Positions 1 to 8,686 of a DNA stretch of 20,015 nucleotides are shown here, one piece after another. Below the pieces are notes generated by a model. It had not been told where the DNA came from. It worked only from the letters and a program-made list of their open reading frames with translations, and ran no database searches. How positions within the stretch are numbered: position 1 is the first letter of the stretch; each line of letters starts with the position of its first letter. A program made the translations under genes and the position numbers. The DNA comes from an uncultured virus (IMG/VR IMGVR_UViG_3300003873_000005) (lineage: Duplodnaviria; Heunggongvirae; Uroviricota; Caudoviricetes), in IMG/VR virus record IMGVR_UViG_3300003873_000005; one strand, 5' to 3'.

Positions 1-1420
1 TAATTTTCTTATTACTAGACCCGGTTGTAGACCCAGCTCCAGATCCTCCTGTAATACTTCTACCTAATGGATCAGTATTAGGAGTTATATTTTCAACATT
101 CATACCAGGTCTAGTTTGTAAAAAATCTGTGCCTGATAAAGGTTTAACTGGCTCATGCTCAATACCTAATATTAAAGCTGCTTCATCATCTGTTATATGA
201 CCAAAACTTTGTAATTGTAAAATTCTATTTTGTTTAGCTAACCTTTGAGGTTCTAATTCTAAAGATGGTCTTAAATCAATTGCATCATGTGTACATTCTA
301 TAAAACCTTTATACCCCATTAATCTTGCAGACATAGTTAATACCTGGCTCATTAGCTTTTCTGATTTTCTTTGTAAGTAAGTGGGCGTATTAATGTATAC
401 TTTAGCTTCAACAGAAGCTACATTTTGATTTCCGCTTCCTTTACCTAATATACTTGGCAATGATTTAAGCGATGAAACTACTTGACTGTCTAAAATTGAA
501 ACAATTGGCCTAAAATCTACAATTGCACTGCCACTACCATTAGATAAATAGTCTATAGATATTGAGTCAAATATTACTAAAGCTTCTTCTGGTTTAACTT
601 TGCTCAGCTCTGTGGCTATTTCTGTTTTCTTTTTGCCAAGCCATTTTGCTAATTTTATCTCATCAGCTCTTATTTCTCTAGGCGCATGTTTAACTAATAC
701 ATCTTCTAGGACTTTAACTTTAAGTTTTGGATATCCAGCCTTTTTCATTACTCTCTGTATATCAGCCACCACTGTTTGTTTAAAAGCTATTGCCTGAATA
801 GCTGTAAGTAATGGAGACTCAGCTGTCGCCTCATCTGGATCTTTATCTAGATCTTGAAAGAAAAATGTTGGTATATCTAGATTAATTTGCCCATTTTGTT
901 TCTTTTGAAATGGCTTGTACCTGCCATTATTATATTTCCAACTAATTGAAGTGGCCTTAATTAAGATATAGTCTATAGGTAATTTTGCCTTGTCCAAAAC
1001 AAGCTCTAGACCTACTCCACCATATAAGAATAATTGCCGTCTAATAGCGTCTGATAGTTCTTCTGGGGTTAATTTATTAGTAGAAAATAGCCACGCCGCT
1101 TTAAGAGTAGTATTAAATTCTTTAGTTTTATTAGAATCAAAATTGCCTTTCTCATCTTTATAAATAATATTTAGCTTAGTATTTGCAAAACGTAACATTG
1201 CCCATAAAGCATTTGCAGCATCTGCATCATACCTGTGTAATTCTTTTATAATATCATTAGTGTCATTACCTAATAATCTAATAGACCCTACATCTTGATG
1301 AGAATTAAAACTTTCAATTGGAACTGTATCTCCATTTTTTAATGAACTATTAACTACACTTTTAGGATTATTACTAGCTTTAACTTTGTTAAATAATTTT
1401 GAAAATATGCCATTAGCCAT
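1..1420 (-). CDS. Phage portal protein (runs off window start; missing from ORF track)
   Basis: ATG at 1420 with AAGGAG RBS (1425-1430). Frame is open to position 1 (MANGIFSKLFNKVKAS...RRQLFLYGGVGLELVLDK...LRPSLELEPQR...ITDDEAALILG). More than 470 aa and immediately downstream of terL. Confidence 0.8.
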   Translation of the reverse strand, partial: MANGIFSKLFNKVKASNNPKSVVNSSLKNGDTVPIESFNSHQDVGSIRLLGNDTNDIIKELHRYDADAANALWAMLRFANTKLNIIYKDEKGNFDSNKTKEFNTTLKAAWLFSTNKLTPEELSDAIRRQLFLYGGVGLELVLDKAKLPIDYILIKATSISWKYNNGRYKPFQKKQNGQINLDIPTFFFQDLDKDPDEATAESPLLTAIQAIAFKQTVVADIQRVMKKAGYPKLKVKVLEDVLVKHAPREIRADEIKLAKWLGKKKTEIATELSKVKPEEALVIFDSISIDYLSNGSGSAIVDFRPIVSILDSQVVSSLKSLPSILGKGSGNQNVASVEAKVYINTPTYLQRKSEKLMSQVLTMSARLMGYKGFIECTHDAIDLRPSLELEPQRLAKQNRILQLQSFGHITDDEAALILGIEHEPVKPLSGTDFLQTRPGMNVENITPNTDPLGRSITGGSGAGSTTGSSNKKI

Positions 1421-1475
1421 GCAACTCCTTTATTATGTGTATTATGATATAAGTCTTTAACGTAGTATAGATAGT

Positions 1476-1558
1476 CTATTGCCTAACGCTCATTCTACTT
1501 CCTAACACTCATTCTATTGCCTAACACTCATTCTATTGCCTAACACTCATTCTATTGC
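1476..1558. repeat. 19-bp tandem repeat (CTATTGCCTAACACTCATT) x4 plus partial copy
   Basis: Units at 1476, 1495, 1514 and 1533; the partial unit at 1552 contains the terL stop codon. Confidence 0.95.
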
Positions 1559-3231
1559 ATAATAGTGGTATCAAAAGTTACTGGGGCTATATGTCCTTCA
1601 GTATCTATTAATATTTTACTAGCAATATACATATAGCCTAAACTATGGAGTAAATGGTCTGAGTCTACTTTTACATATCTATACTTATCTTCATCATCCT
1701 TTTGCCTTTGCTTTACCATGCCCCTTAAATGGCTTTTATATATGTCAAGTGGTACTGATCTATTATCAGACTCTTTATCCATATTTTTATCTAAAGATGT
1801 ATTAACAACTAATTTTTCTATGCCTAAAACAGAATCAAATAGTTGCGTTCTATTTACTATTAAATCTACTTCATTAGCCTTAATATTATATAAATCTTTT
1901 TGGTTATCTGAATAATAGCACGTAAAAGCGGGGCCATCAAATATTTCACAGATGTCTTTTGATAATTTTGTTTGTGGCAAAGCATCACAGACTAAAACGT
2001 TAATAAGATATTTTCTTTGATATTCCATTACTCGTTCTTTTATTAAATCTTCAGATACTGACTCTCTTTTATATATTAATACTGAATTATCTGGACTTAC
2101 CCTACCTAGAGTTAGCCAGCATGTTTTACCAAAGTCAATCCCCATACAAAGACTAAACCCTTTAGGCTCCCCAAGGTCATAAGGAATAAATTTAGAATCT
2201 GTATCAAACATCATATCATTAGAAACATATTCCTTTCCTAGAGCAAAGTTAACAAAGTCAGAATAGCTGCTATAATCGGTCATACCCTTTAATAAATCAT
2301 AAGGAGTTTGAAAGGCTGTGTCAAAAGGATTTACTTGATAACCCGCTACTGCTCTACCTTCATATTTAGCTACCCACTCTCTTGCTGAGTAACTATGATA
2401 ATCTAGTGGCTTTCTACAGCCTTGGCATAGGTATTTAACATCTGAAGGATGTAAATAAGTTAGATCATCTTTAGTTAATTCTTTTAGTGCGAAGTTTTTT
2501 AGCTTTGGATGATCGACTATTATATCATTATCAAATGAATCACTTGTTTCATTCCATTTACCACAATGAGGACATTTTTTTAAAAAAAATTTTTGATCTG
2601 ATAATTCGAACTCTTTTGAAATACCAAATTTAGGTATAGTTGGTGTAGAAAATTTTCTAAATAATTTCCATTTTGAGTGCTGTACTCTAGAACTATATTT
2701 ATTTATTATGTCTAAATCAGAAAAATCTAACTCATCATGTATTAGGATATCAGCTGGAACTGAGATGGCTGTTTTTGCCCCAATGGTTCCTTTTATATAT
2801 AAGTAACTTTTACCTAGCTTTTTTAATTCTTTGCTATCAACATGAGTATCTAGCATTGACTTTAATAATTTTGAATCTGATATAACATCATCAACTCTGG
2901 TGGTAGAAAAATCTAGTGCATTCTTTCTAGTAGGTTGAGTTAATATGGCTGTTAGTGCTTGATTTCTGGCGAGAAAAGCTAGTGCTGATCTTACCATAAC
3001 TTCTGATAAGCCTACTTGAGCGCATTTTTTTACTACAATATTACGAGATTCATCTGCCATAATTTGTTTTTGAAATTCATGGTCATGAAAATTGTATGCT
3101 ACCCCTTTAATCTTAGTATGCTTACAAACCCAATCAGCCTGGTTTAGTTCTGAATCTTTAAATCCATATCTAGAGTTTAGCTCTGATACAAAAGCTTGAA
3201 GATATACATTAGTACTTTTTTCACTTTTCAT
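1552..3231 (-). CDS. terL: Terminase large subunit, lambda gpA-like
   Basis: VVKKCAQVGLSE (gpA-type Walker A), LIHDELD (Walker B), STPT coupling motif, CPHCG...CQGC zinc motif, MGIDFG nuclease motif; 559 aa. Confidence 0.92.
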   Translation of the reverse strand: MKSEKSTNVYLQAFVSELNSRYGFKDSELNQADWVCKHTKIKGVAYNFHDHEFQKQIMADESRNIVVKKCAQVGLSEVMVRSALAFLARNQALTAILTQPTRKNALDFSTTRVDDVISDSKLLKSMLDTHVDSKELKKLGKSYLYIKGTIGAKTAISVPADILIHDELDFSDLDIINKYSSRVQHSKWKLFRKFSTPTIPKFGISKEFELSDQKFFLKKCPHCGKWNETSDSFDNDIIVDHPKLKNFALKELTKDDLTYLHPSDVKYLCQGCRKPLDYHSYSAREWVAKYEGRAVAGYQVNPFDTAFQTPYDLLKGMTDYSSYSDFVNFALGKEYVSNDMMFDTDSKFIPYDLGEPKGFSLCMGIDFGKTCWLTLGRVSPDNSVLIYKRESVSEDLIKERVMEYQRKYLINVLVCDALPQTKLSKDICEIFDGPAFTCYYSDNQKDLYNIKANEVDLIVNRTQLFDSVLGIEKLVVNTSLDKNMDKESDNRSVPLDIYKSHLRGMVKQRQKDDEDKYRYVKVDSDHLLHSLGYMYIASKILIDTEGHIAPVTFDTTIMQ

Positions 3232-3232
3232 G

Positions 3233-3787
3233 TTATACTTCTACTCTAGCATTAAATTTATCTATGACCTTGTCCTTGATCGATGGATCTACTTCATCAA
3301 GAATAGTAAAAACAGACTCTTTAAAATCTTTGACTGCGTCTATGCTGTTTATTTTTAACTCGTTATTTAGCATAAACTGTAAAAATCTTTGAGCTGTATT
3401 TAGTAATTGTGTATCATCTGGATTATCTTTTAAATTTGTTTTAACTATTTCATAGGCACCTTGAAATTCTGATGTAATTGAAAAGTCTTCTTTAGTCTTC
3501 TTTGTTAGATTAAATATTTCCATAAACTCTTTTTGTATTAAAGGGTCTACTAAATCATTGATAAAAATATTTGTGTCATCTTGTTTAATTTTTTTTATAG
3601 CTCTAAGAATATTTGGAGTAATAAGATATTTTCTAGCTACATCTAAAGATGTACTATTTAAGGATTCATCTACATTTATATTTTTATTTAGCCTTCGTTC
3701 TCGTTCTATTTTAATAAGTTCTTCTGGTTCTATATCGGTTTCTGTCCCTAGTTCTTTTTTTATGTCTGTATATAATGATTTATTCAT
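3233..3787 (-). CDS. Probable terminase small subunit
   Basis: Helical ~184-aa protein directly upstream of terL. Start moved to ATG 3787 because GGAG lies 6 nt upstream. Function inferred from position only. Confidence 0.6.
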   Translation of the reverse strand: MNKSLYTDIKKELGTETDIEPEELIKIERERRLNKNINVDESLNSTSLDVARKYLITPNILRAIKKIKQDDTNIFINDLVDPLIQKEFMEIFNLTKKTKEDFSITSEFQGAYEIVKTNLKDNPDDTQLLNTAQRFLQFMLNNELKINSIDAVKDFKESVFTILDEVDPSIKDKVIDKFNARVEV

Positions 3788-3853
3788 AGCTGACTCCATA
3801 ATTTATAATTATATTTATAGTGCAACTAAACTATGGAGTGCCTATAGAATTTT

Positions 3854-3925
3854 GAAAATTTTTTGAAAATTTTTTGAAAATTTTTTGAAAATTTTTTGAA
3901 AATTTTTTGAAAATTTTTTGAAAAA
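3854..3925. repeat. 11-bp tandem repeat GAAAATTTTTT x6 (phased A/T tracts)
   Basis: Units at 3854, 3865, 3876, 3887, 3898 and 3909, plus a partial copy at 3920. Confidence 0.95.
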
Positions 3926-4255
3926 TTTTATTAAATTTCCTGGTATTTTTTCTGACAGTTAATATTTGGCAGTTTAAATTTATGAAAAAAATTTACTAAA
4001 ATTTTCTGGTGTTTTTTCTGACAATTTAAATTTATGGAAAAAATTTATCAAAATTTTATTAAAATTTTATTAAAATTTTAATAAAATTTCCTGATATTTT
4101 TTGGCAGTTAATATTTGGCAGTTAATATTTGGCAGTTTAAATTTATGGAAAAATTTTATTAAATTTCCTGGGCATTTTTTCTGACAGTTAATATTTGGCA
4201 GTTAATATTTGGTAGTTTAAATTTATGGAAAAATTTTACTAAAATTTCCTGGGCG
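3921..4255. repeat. Degenerate ~50-110-bp repeat array with CAGTTAATATTTGG sub-repeats
   Basis: CAGTTAATATTTGG at 3956, 4105, 4119, 4185 and 4199; TTTAAATTTATGRAAAAA x4; AAATTTYCTG x5. Confidence 0.9.
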
Positions 4256-4330
4256 TTTTCGGGGCCTATGTAGAGACTGCATGCACGTGTAATTTATAAA
4301 ACATGGCCCCCGTGTTTTAATTGTTTAATT

Positions 4331-4383
4331 TAGTTATGATTATAGCTTTAAAATCAGATTAAATAATCCTGAGGAGGATAAAA
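4331..4383 (+). promoter_or_regulatory. Hairpin+RBS cassette E1 (class A)
   Basis: TAGTTATGATTATAGCTTTAAAATCAGATTAAATAATCCTGAGGAGGATAAA before ATG. Confidence 0.85.
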
Positions 4384-4758
4384 ATGAAAATAGTTAATTT
4401 AACCCAACATATTGCAACTAAGGAACAAATAGACCAAAGTGTGTTCGAGCCTAATAAGGTTATTAAAGAACTTATTAAATTAGCACTTACATTTTATAAA
4501 ATGCCAAATAAAAGACTAATTGAAAAAAAGGCTAAAAGACTAGCTTTTATAGCTGATAGTCAATTATTAGGAGCACTTGATAAGAAAGCTTTAATTGGAG
4601 GTGCTCCATACTTAATGAGTTCCCTTGAAAAAGCCCTAAAAGCTAAAGGCATAACCCCAGTTTATTCTTATTCAAAAAGAATTAGTGAAGAGAAAGAGGT
4701 TAGTGGTAAAGTAGTAAAAACTAATGTATTTAAACATATTGATTTTATAGAGGTTTAG
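4384..4758 (+). CDS. Csx20-like (CARF-related, putative ring nuclease) protein, paralog 1
   Basis: NLTQH..T.EQ N-terminus; ALIGG, GITPVYSYSKR, K..VFKH..F C-terminus resemble Csx20 as I recall it. The ORF is solid; the family call is tentative. Confidence 0.55.
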   Translation: MKIVNLTQHIATKEQIDQSVFEPNKVIKELIKLALTFYKMPNKRLIEKKAKRLAFIADSQLLGALDKKALIGGAPYLMSSLEKALKAKGITPVYSYSKRISEEKEVSGKVVKTNVFKHIDFIEV

Positions 4759-4774
4759 TTTATTTAATTTAGTT

Positions 4775-4826
4775 TAGTTATGATTATAGCTATAAAATCA
4801 GACAAAATAATCCTGAGGAGGATAAA
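4775..4826 (+). promoter_or_regulatory. Hairpin+RBS cassette E2 (class A)
   Basis: TAGTTATGATTATAGCTATAAAATCAGACAAAATAATCCTGAGGAGGATAAA. Confidence 0.85.
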
Positions 4827-4925
4827 ATGGGCTCAGATATATTTAATGAAATAATTAAATTAGTTATATTAAATTTAGTAATATGGCTACCAATAGTATT
4901 AGTAATTAAATTAGTAATACAATAA
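4827..4925 (+). CDS. 32-aa single-pass membrane peptide (not in ORF track)
   Basis: MGSDIFNEIIKLVILNLVIWLPIVLVIKLVIQ*, preceded by its own cassette E2. Confidence 0.8.
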   Translation: MGSDIFNEIIKLVILNLVIWLPIVLVIKLVIQ

Positions 4926-4954
4926 GGAAACTTTAGATTCAATTGTTTAATTAC

Positions 4955-5006
4955 TAGTTATGATTATAGCTTTAAAATCAGATTAAATAGTCCTGAGGAG
5001 GATATT
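4955..5006 (+). promoter_or_regulatory. Hairpin+RBS cassette E3 (class A)
   Basis: TAGTTATGATTATAGCTTTAAAATCAGATTAAATAGTCCTGAGGAGGATATT. Confidence 0.85.
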
Positions 5007-5258
5007 ATGATTATTAGAATGCAAGAGTTTAGTGTGTTATTTAGAGATTTTGTTAAAGCCAACAACCTTACTGAAAAAATAGCTGAGAGTTCAAATGCTT
5101 TTATAACTTCTACAAAAGAAGTTCATGATGGTCTAGCTGCCATGGGACATAAATTCTCAATAGATGTTGAAAATTACTGTAGAGATATAAAGACTTTACA
5201 AGCCAGAACAATAAATAAGTTAGGTAGAGATAAGCAACTACGTAACTTAAAATACTAG
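5007..5258 (+). CDS. Hypothetical early protein
   Basis: 83-aa ORF behind cassette E3. Confidence 0.8.
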   Translation: MIIRMQEFSVLFRDFVKANNLTEKIAESSNAFITSTKEVHDGLAAMGHKFSIDVENYCRDIKTLQARTINKLGRDKQLRNLKY

Positions 5259-5264
5259 AAGATA

Positions 5265-5317
5265 AAGTTTACTGGTAAAAGCTATAAAACCAGACTAAAT
5301 ATTCTGAGGAGAATAAA
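5265..5317 (+). promoter_or_regulatory. Hairpin+RBS cassette E4 (class B)
   Basis: AAGTTTACTGGTAAAAGCTATAAAACCAGACTAAATATTCTGAGGAGAATAAA. Confidence 0.85.
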
Positions 5318-5677
5318 ATGAAAATAGCAACAATTAAAGAAGCAGTAGAAAAATTTGGACAAAATGATTTATCTCAAGAAGATATTAAAAAAGCCCGAAA
5401 AGAAGAATTAATGAATTTAGACCATGAAGCATTAGTTAATATGATTTTAACATCTGAATCAAAAAACCAAGCCTCTGGAATAAAAGTAGGTGATTTAGCA
5501 AAAATGATACTACAAGATGAAGAGTTTATAACTCTTAGTAATGGAGATGTGGCCACAGTATGTAGAGAATTAATTCCAGGAAGTCAAACTAGTCATAAGT
5601 CAATAGCCAGTTATATATCTAAGAAAAGAGATGAATGGCAATTGCCTGATAGAATTAGTATTAGACGAAAAAGATAA
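5318..5677 (+). CDS. Putative DNA-binding (HTH-like) protein, paralog of 9613..10047
   Basis: Shares SGIKVGDLAKMILQDEEFIT...RELIPGS.TS.KSIASY.SKKRD.W.LPDRI with the 9613 ORF; HTH call is inference. Confidence 0.6.
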   Translation: MKIATIKEAVEKFGQNDLSQEDIKKARKEELMNLDHEALVNMILTSESKNQASGIKVGDLAKMILQDEEFITLSNGDVATVCRELIPGSQTSHKSIASYISKKRDEWQLPDRISIRRKR

Positions 5678-5683
5678 ATTAAA

Positions 5684-5736
5684 TAGTTTGCTGGTAATAG
5701 CTATAAAACCAGCATAAAAGTTCTGAGGAGGACAAA
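5684..5736 (+). promoter_or_regulatory. Hairpin+RBS cassette E5 (class B)
   Basis: TAGTTTGCTGGTAATAGCTATAAAACCAGCATAAAAGTTCTGAGGAGGACAAA. Confidence 0.85.
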
Positions 5737-6198
5737 ATGGAAAAAATAACAGAAAGAGAACTACAAGTATTTAGTGCCCCTTATTTTAGTTCTATAAATA
5801 GACTTGGCTTTAGTTGGTATTACACTAATATGTTTAGGTTACAAATAAAATTTAAAATGAATAAAGATAAAGAAATAAATATAAAAGCTGAGAAATTTAA
5901 TGGCTCATTAATAAGACTCCTAGTCTTGATGGAAAATGTATTCTTAAGAGATTATAAAGAAATAGATATCTATGAAGGAATAGCCACAATAACTAATAAT
6001 TGGGATTTCTCTGAGAAAGAAAACTATTACCTATTAAGTAATGGTGATATAATTAGATCATACTATCATAAGTACTATAGAGCTGCTATAGTTGGCCATA
6101 TTGAGATACCTAAAAACATAAACTGGGATGGAAAATTTGATGACGAGCTTATTAAAAAAATGTCTAAAAAATTAGTTGAACGAATACAAGGAGTATAA
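5737..6198 (+). CDS. Hypothetical early protein
   Basis: 153-aa ORF behind cassette E5. Confidence 0.8.
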   Translation: MEKITERELQVFSAPYFSSINRLGFSWYYTNMFRLQIKFKMNKDKEINIKAEKFNGSLIRLLVLMENVFLRDYKEIDIYEGIATITNNWDFSEKENYYLLSNGDIIRSYYHKYYRAAIVGHIEIPKNINWDGKFDDELIKKMSKKLVERIQGV

Positions 6199-6199
6199 A

Positions 6200-6601
6200 A
6201 TGATAGAGAAAATGGTAATGAGCATGAAAAATAAGATAGTCACTTTTTCTAAAAAGGGATTTAATATCCCTGAAAATGAAATGGTGATATTAAGAAAGTG
6301 GTATCTAGAAGGCGCCATTAATTTTAAGGCAAATGGTTATGGCCTTCAGGCAGATCTATATGGCCCATGTTTAGAAGATGAGTTATGGGAAAATATCTAC
6401 AGTGTGACATGGCTAAAAGTATTTAGACTGCTGTGTAATAAATATGGTGTTAAAACTGGCATAAGCAAAGCTAGTGTTAATGAATATTGTAAGTCTACTG
6501 GGAATTATAAAATCTATCCTGTAATTAGTACAAAGATTGAGAGTTTTGATCAAGACTTAGAAGATAGCCTTATGGCATTGGCGTCAAAGATTGAGAGTTG
6601 A
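6200..6601 (+). CDS. Hypothetical protein
   Basis: Start reassigned to ATG 6200 with AAGGAG at 6188-6193, abutting the upstream stop. Confidence 0.75.
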   Translation: MIEKMVMSMKNKIVTFSKKGFNIPENEMVILRKWYLEGAINFKANGYGLQADLYGPCLEDELWENIYSVTWLKVFRLLCNKYGVKTGISKASVNEYCKSTGNYKIYPVISTKIESFDQDLEDSLMALASKIES

Positions 6602-6619
6602 AAAGAAAGATATTTTAAA

Positions 6620-6672
6620 TAGTTTACTGGTAATAGCTATAAAACCAGACTAAAATTCTAAGGAGAACAAAA
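6620..6672 (+). promoter_or_regulatory. Hairpin+RBS cassette E6 (class B)
   Basis: TAGTTTACTGGTAATAGCTATAAAACCAGACTAAAATTCTAAGGAGAACAAAA. Confidence 0.85.
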
Positions 6673-6912
6673 ATGCTAAAAAATACTAGTTTAAATAAAA
6701 TTAAGCAGCCATTAAAGATTGATATTAATGAGGATAATGAAATTATACTAACTAAACAGAACGGTAGTATGAACACTTTTCATGTATCGGGAGTGGCTTA
6801 TATTGATTTAATTGAAGCTGATTACAATGATGATGAGGTCACTCAAGCATGGAACTTTATAGTTAAAAAGTTATCTGAACTTAACAAGATAAAATTAAAG
6901 AATGTTAGTTAA
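6673..6912 (+). CDS. Hypothetical early protein
   Basis: 79-aa ORF behind cassette E6. Confidence 0.8.
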   Translation: MLKNTSLNKIKQPLKIDINEDNEIILTKQNGSMNTFHVSGVAYIDLIEADYNDDEVTQAWNFIVKKLSELNKIKLKNVS

Positions 6913-6944
6913 GTTATTATAAATCTATATAAAAGGAAAAAACA

Positions 6945-7145
6945 ATGAATAAAGAATTAAATAATATTAAAAATATTATAGTTGAATCTCTTGAAGGTGA
7001 TAAACTTGATAGGATAGAATTAGAAAGTGTATGTACTTATCTAGGTTGGGTAAATTGTCTGATAGAATATAAAATTAACCCAACAATAGAAGATACTAAA
7101 GAACTATTAAACTTAGTAGCTGGTCTAAAAGAAACTTATCTATAA
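6945..7145 (+). CDS. Hypothetical protein
   Basis: 66-aa ORF with AAGGA RBS. Confidence 0.7.
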   Translation: MNKELNNIKNIIVESLEGDKLDRIELESVCTYLGWVNCLIEYKINPTIEDTKELLNLVAGLKETYL

Positions 7146-7158
7146 GTTTAAATTTAAA

Positions 7159-7213
7159 TAGTTTACTGGTAATAGCTATAAAACCAGACTAAAAAGTTCT
7201 GAGGAGGACAAAA
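7159..7213 (+). promoter_or_regulatory. Hairpin+RBS cassette E7 (class B)
   Basis: TAGTTTACTGGTAATAGCTATAAAACCAGACTAAAAAGTTCTGAGGAGGACAAAA. Confidence 0.85.
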
Positions 7214-8218
7214 ATGTTAATAGCAGAAAAAATGTTAGTAGATTTAGTAAACAAAGGAATTATTAAATTTACAGAAAAAGACCTTAAAGGTGTTAAAAGT
7301 GCTTGTGAAAGAAAATTACTATATAGTCTTGGCGCTTATAAAGGTATAAAAATAAGTAGTAGTAATCAAACGTTATTTGGTATTAGGAAGTTAAAGAAAG
7401 TCATTAGTGCTAATAAGTACACCAATGATATGAGAGAGCTATTTAAGATTGTTTATAAAGATAATCTTAATAACTTTATAAATATTACTGGAAAGTATGA
7501 CTTTATAGAGACAATAAACAGTAAAAAATACCTGTATGGAATAAAAAATAGACTGACTAACTGGATTAAATATAACAAGGGTAAAGATTTATTTATAAAA
7601 GGATTAGGCGGTTTTAATATTCAAGAAGCGCATACTAGGTATATAAAACTAAATAAATATACTGATGATGGTTTATTAACACCTGAAAATTTAATAATTA
7701 GTGGTTACATGAAAATAGATAATCTATATGCTGAAAGAATATTAGAAGCCTCAAAAGGTCTATTTAAATGGGCAGTTATTCATAAATTTGATACTGCACG
7801 TTTAGATGAGCTATTAGATCTATATATATTAGATCAATGGAATAAAAATCTTAGTGTAAATGATGTAATAAAAAGACTGGCTAATATTAAAGTACGTGGA
7901 TTAAACTTAACATATAGAGATAAAATTAACTTTGAATATCCAGAAAATCTAAAAATCTTAGCACAAAAAACAGCCTTTACTCTACCAAAGAATGGCATAG
8001 AACTTAAAAGACAAGCCAAAGAGTTCAAAAACTGTTCAGCATCTTATGTAGATAAAATAATTAAAGGTAGTAGTTACATAATGTATACTGATACTGAAAT
8101 GGTTGAAATAACAAAAACAGGTAATATAATTCAACATTATGGAAAAAGAAATAAACCTGTTGATATATATACAAAGGATAGTTTGCAAGATAAAGCCTAT
8201 AGTATAATGAGTAAATAG
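7214..8218 (+). CDS. PcfJ-like domain protein
   Basis: C-terminal LPK...EL..QA..FKNCSASY...I..G...VEI......IQHYGKRN pattern typical of PcfJ-like domains. Confidence 0.7.
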   Translation: MLIAEKMLVDLVNKGIIKFTEKDLKGVKSACERKLLYSLGAYKGIKISSSNQTLFGIRKLKKVISANKYTNDMRELFKIVYKDNLNNFINITGKYDFIETINSKKYLYGIKNRLTNWIKYNKGKDLFIKGLGGFNIQEAHTRYIKLNKYTDDGLLTPENLIISGYMKIDNLYAERILEASKGLFKWAVIHKFDTARLDELLDLYILDQWNKNLSVNDVIKRLANIKVRGLNLTYRDKINFEYPENLKILAQKTAFTLPKNGIELKRQAKEFKNCSASYVDKIIKGSSYIMYTDTEMVEITKTGNIIQHYGKRNKPVDIYTKDSLQDKAYSIMSK

Positions 8219-8242
8219 TTTAAACAGTCTAAGTAATTTAAG

Positions 8243-8295
8243 TAGTTTACTGGTAATAGCTATAAAACCAGGTTAAATACTCTGAGGAGAATGAA
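8243..8295 (+). promoter_or_regulatory. Hairpin+RBS cassette E8 (class B)
   Basis: TAGTTTACTGGTAATAGCTATAAAACCAGGTTAAATACTCTGAGGAGAATGAA. Confidence 0.85.
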
Positions 8296-8625
8296 ATGAA
8301 AACCTATATAGTTAGAATAGAAGAGATATTGGCCATAGAGGTGCCTATAAAGGCAAATAGTGAAGACGAAGCTTTAGATTTGGTGAAACAACAGTATTTT
8401 AATGAAGAGATTGTTTTAGATGAATCTAATTTTGAAGATAGATCTTTTAAAATTATAACAAAGCCTTTAGCTAAAAAACTTTACAAGAGCTATACGATTT
8501 TTCCAACTGTAAATGGCGTGTGGGTAGTAGAAGAGAATAAAGGTTGGCCAGCACAAAATGAAAGACAACAGTACTGGTCAAAGAAAGCAGCGCAGGAGGA
8601 AGCTGATAGAAGAAATTATAAGTAA
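8296..8625 (+). CDS. DpnD/PcfM-like domain protein
   Basis: Y.VRIEEIL..EV.IKANSEDEALDLVKQQY.NEEIVLD...F matches the DpnD/PcfM-like pattern. Confidence 0.7.
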   Translation: MKTYIVRIEEILAIEVPIKANSEDEALDLVKQQYFNEEIVLDESNFEDRSFKIITKPLAKKLYKSYTIFPTVNGVWVVEENKGWPAQNERQQYWSKKAAQEEADRRNYK

Positions 8626-8633
8626 TTCAAAAA

Positions 8634-8686
8634 TAGTTTACTGGTAATAGCTATAAAATCAGACTAAATATTCTAAGGAGAATAAA
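8634..8686 (+). promoter_or_regulatory. Hairpin+RBS cassette E9 (class B)
   Basis: TAGTTTACTGGTAATAGCTATAAAATCAGACTAAATATTCTAAGGAGAATAAA. Confidence 0.85.

Noticed and set aside
600..3866. Plus-strand ORFs 600..797, 1718..1915 and 3558..3866
   Set aside because: Antisense shadows of portal, terL and terS, with no RBS
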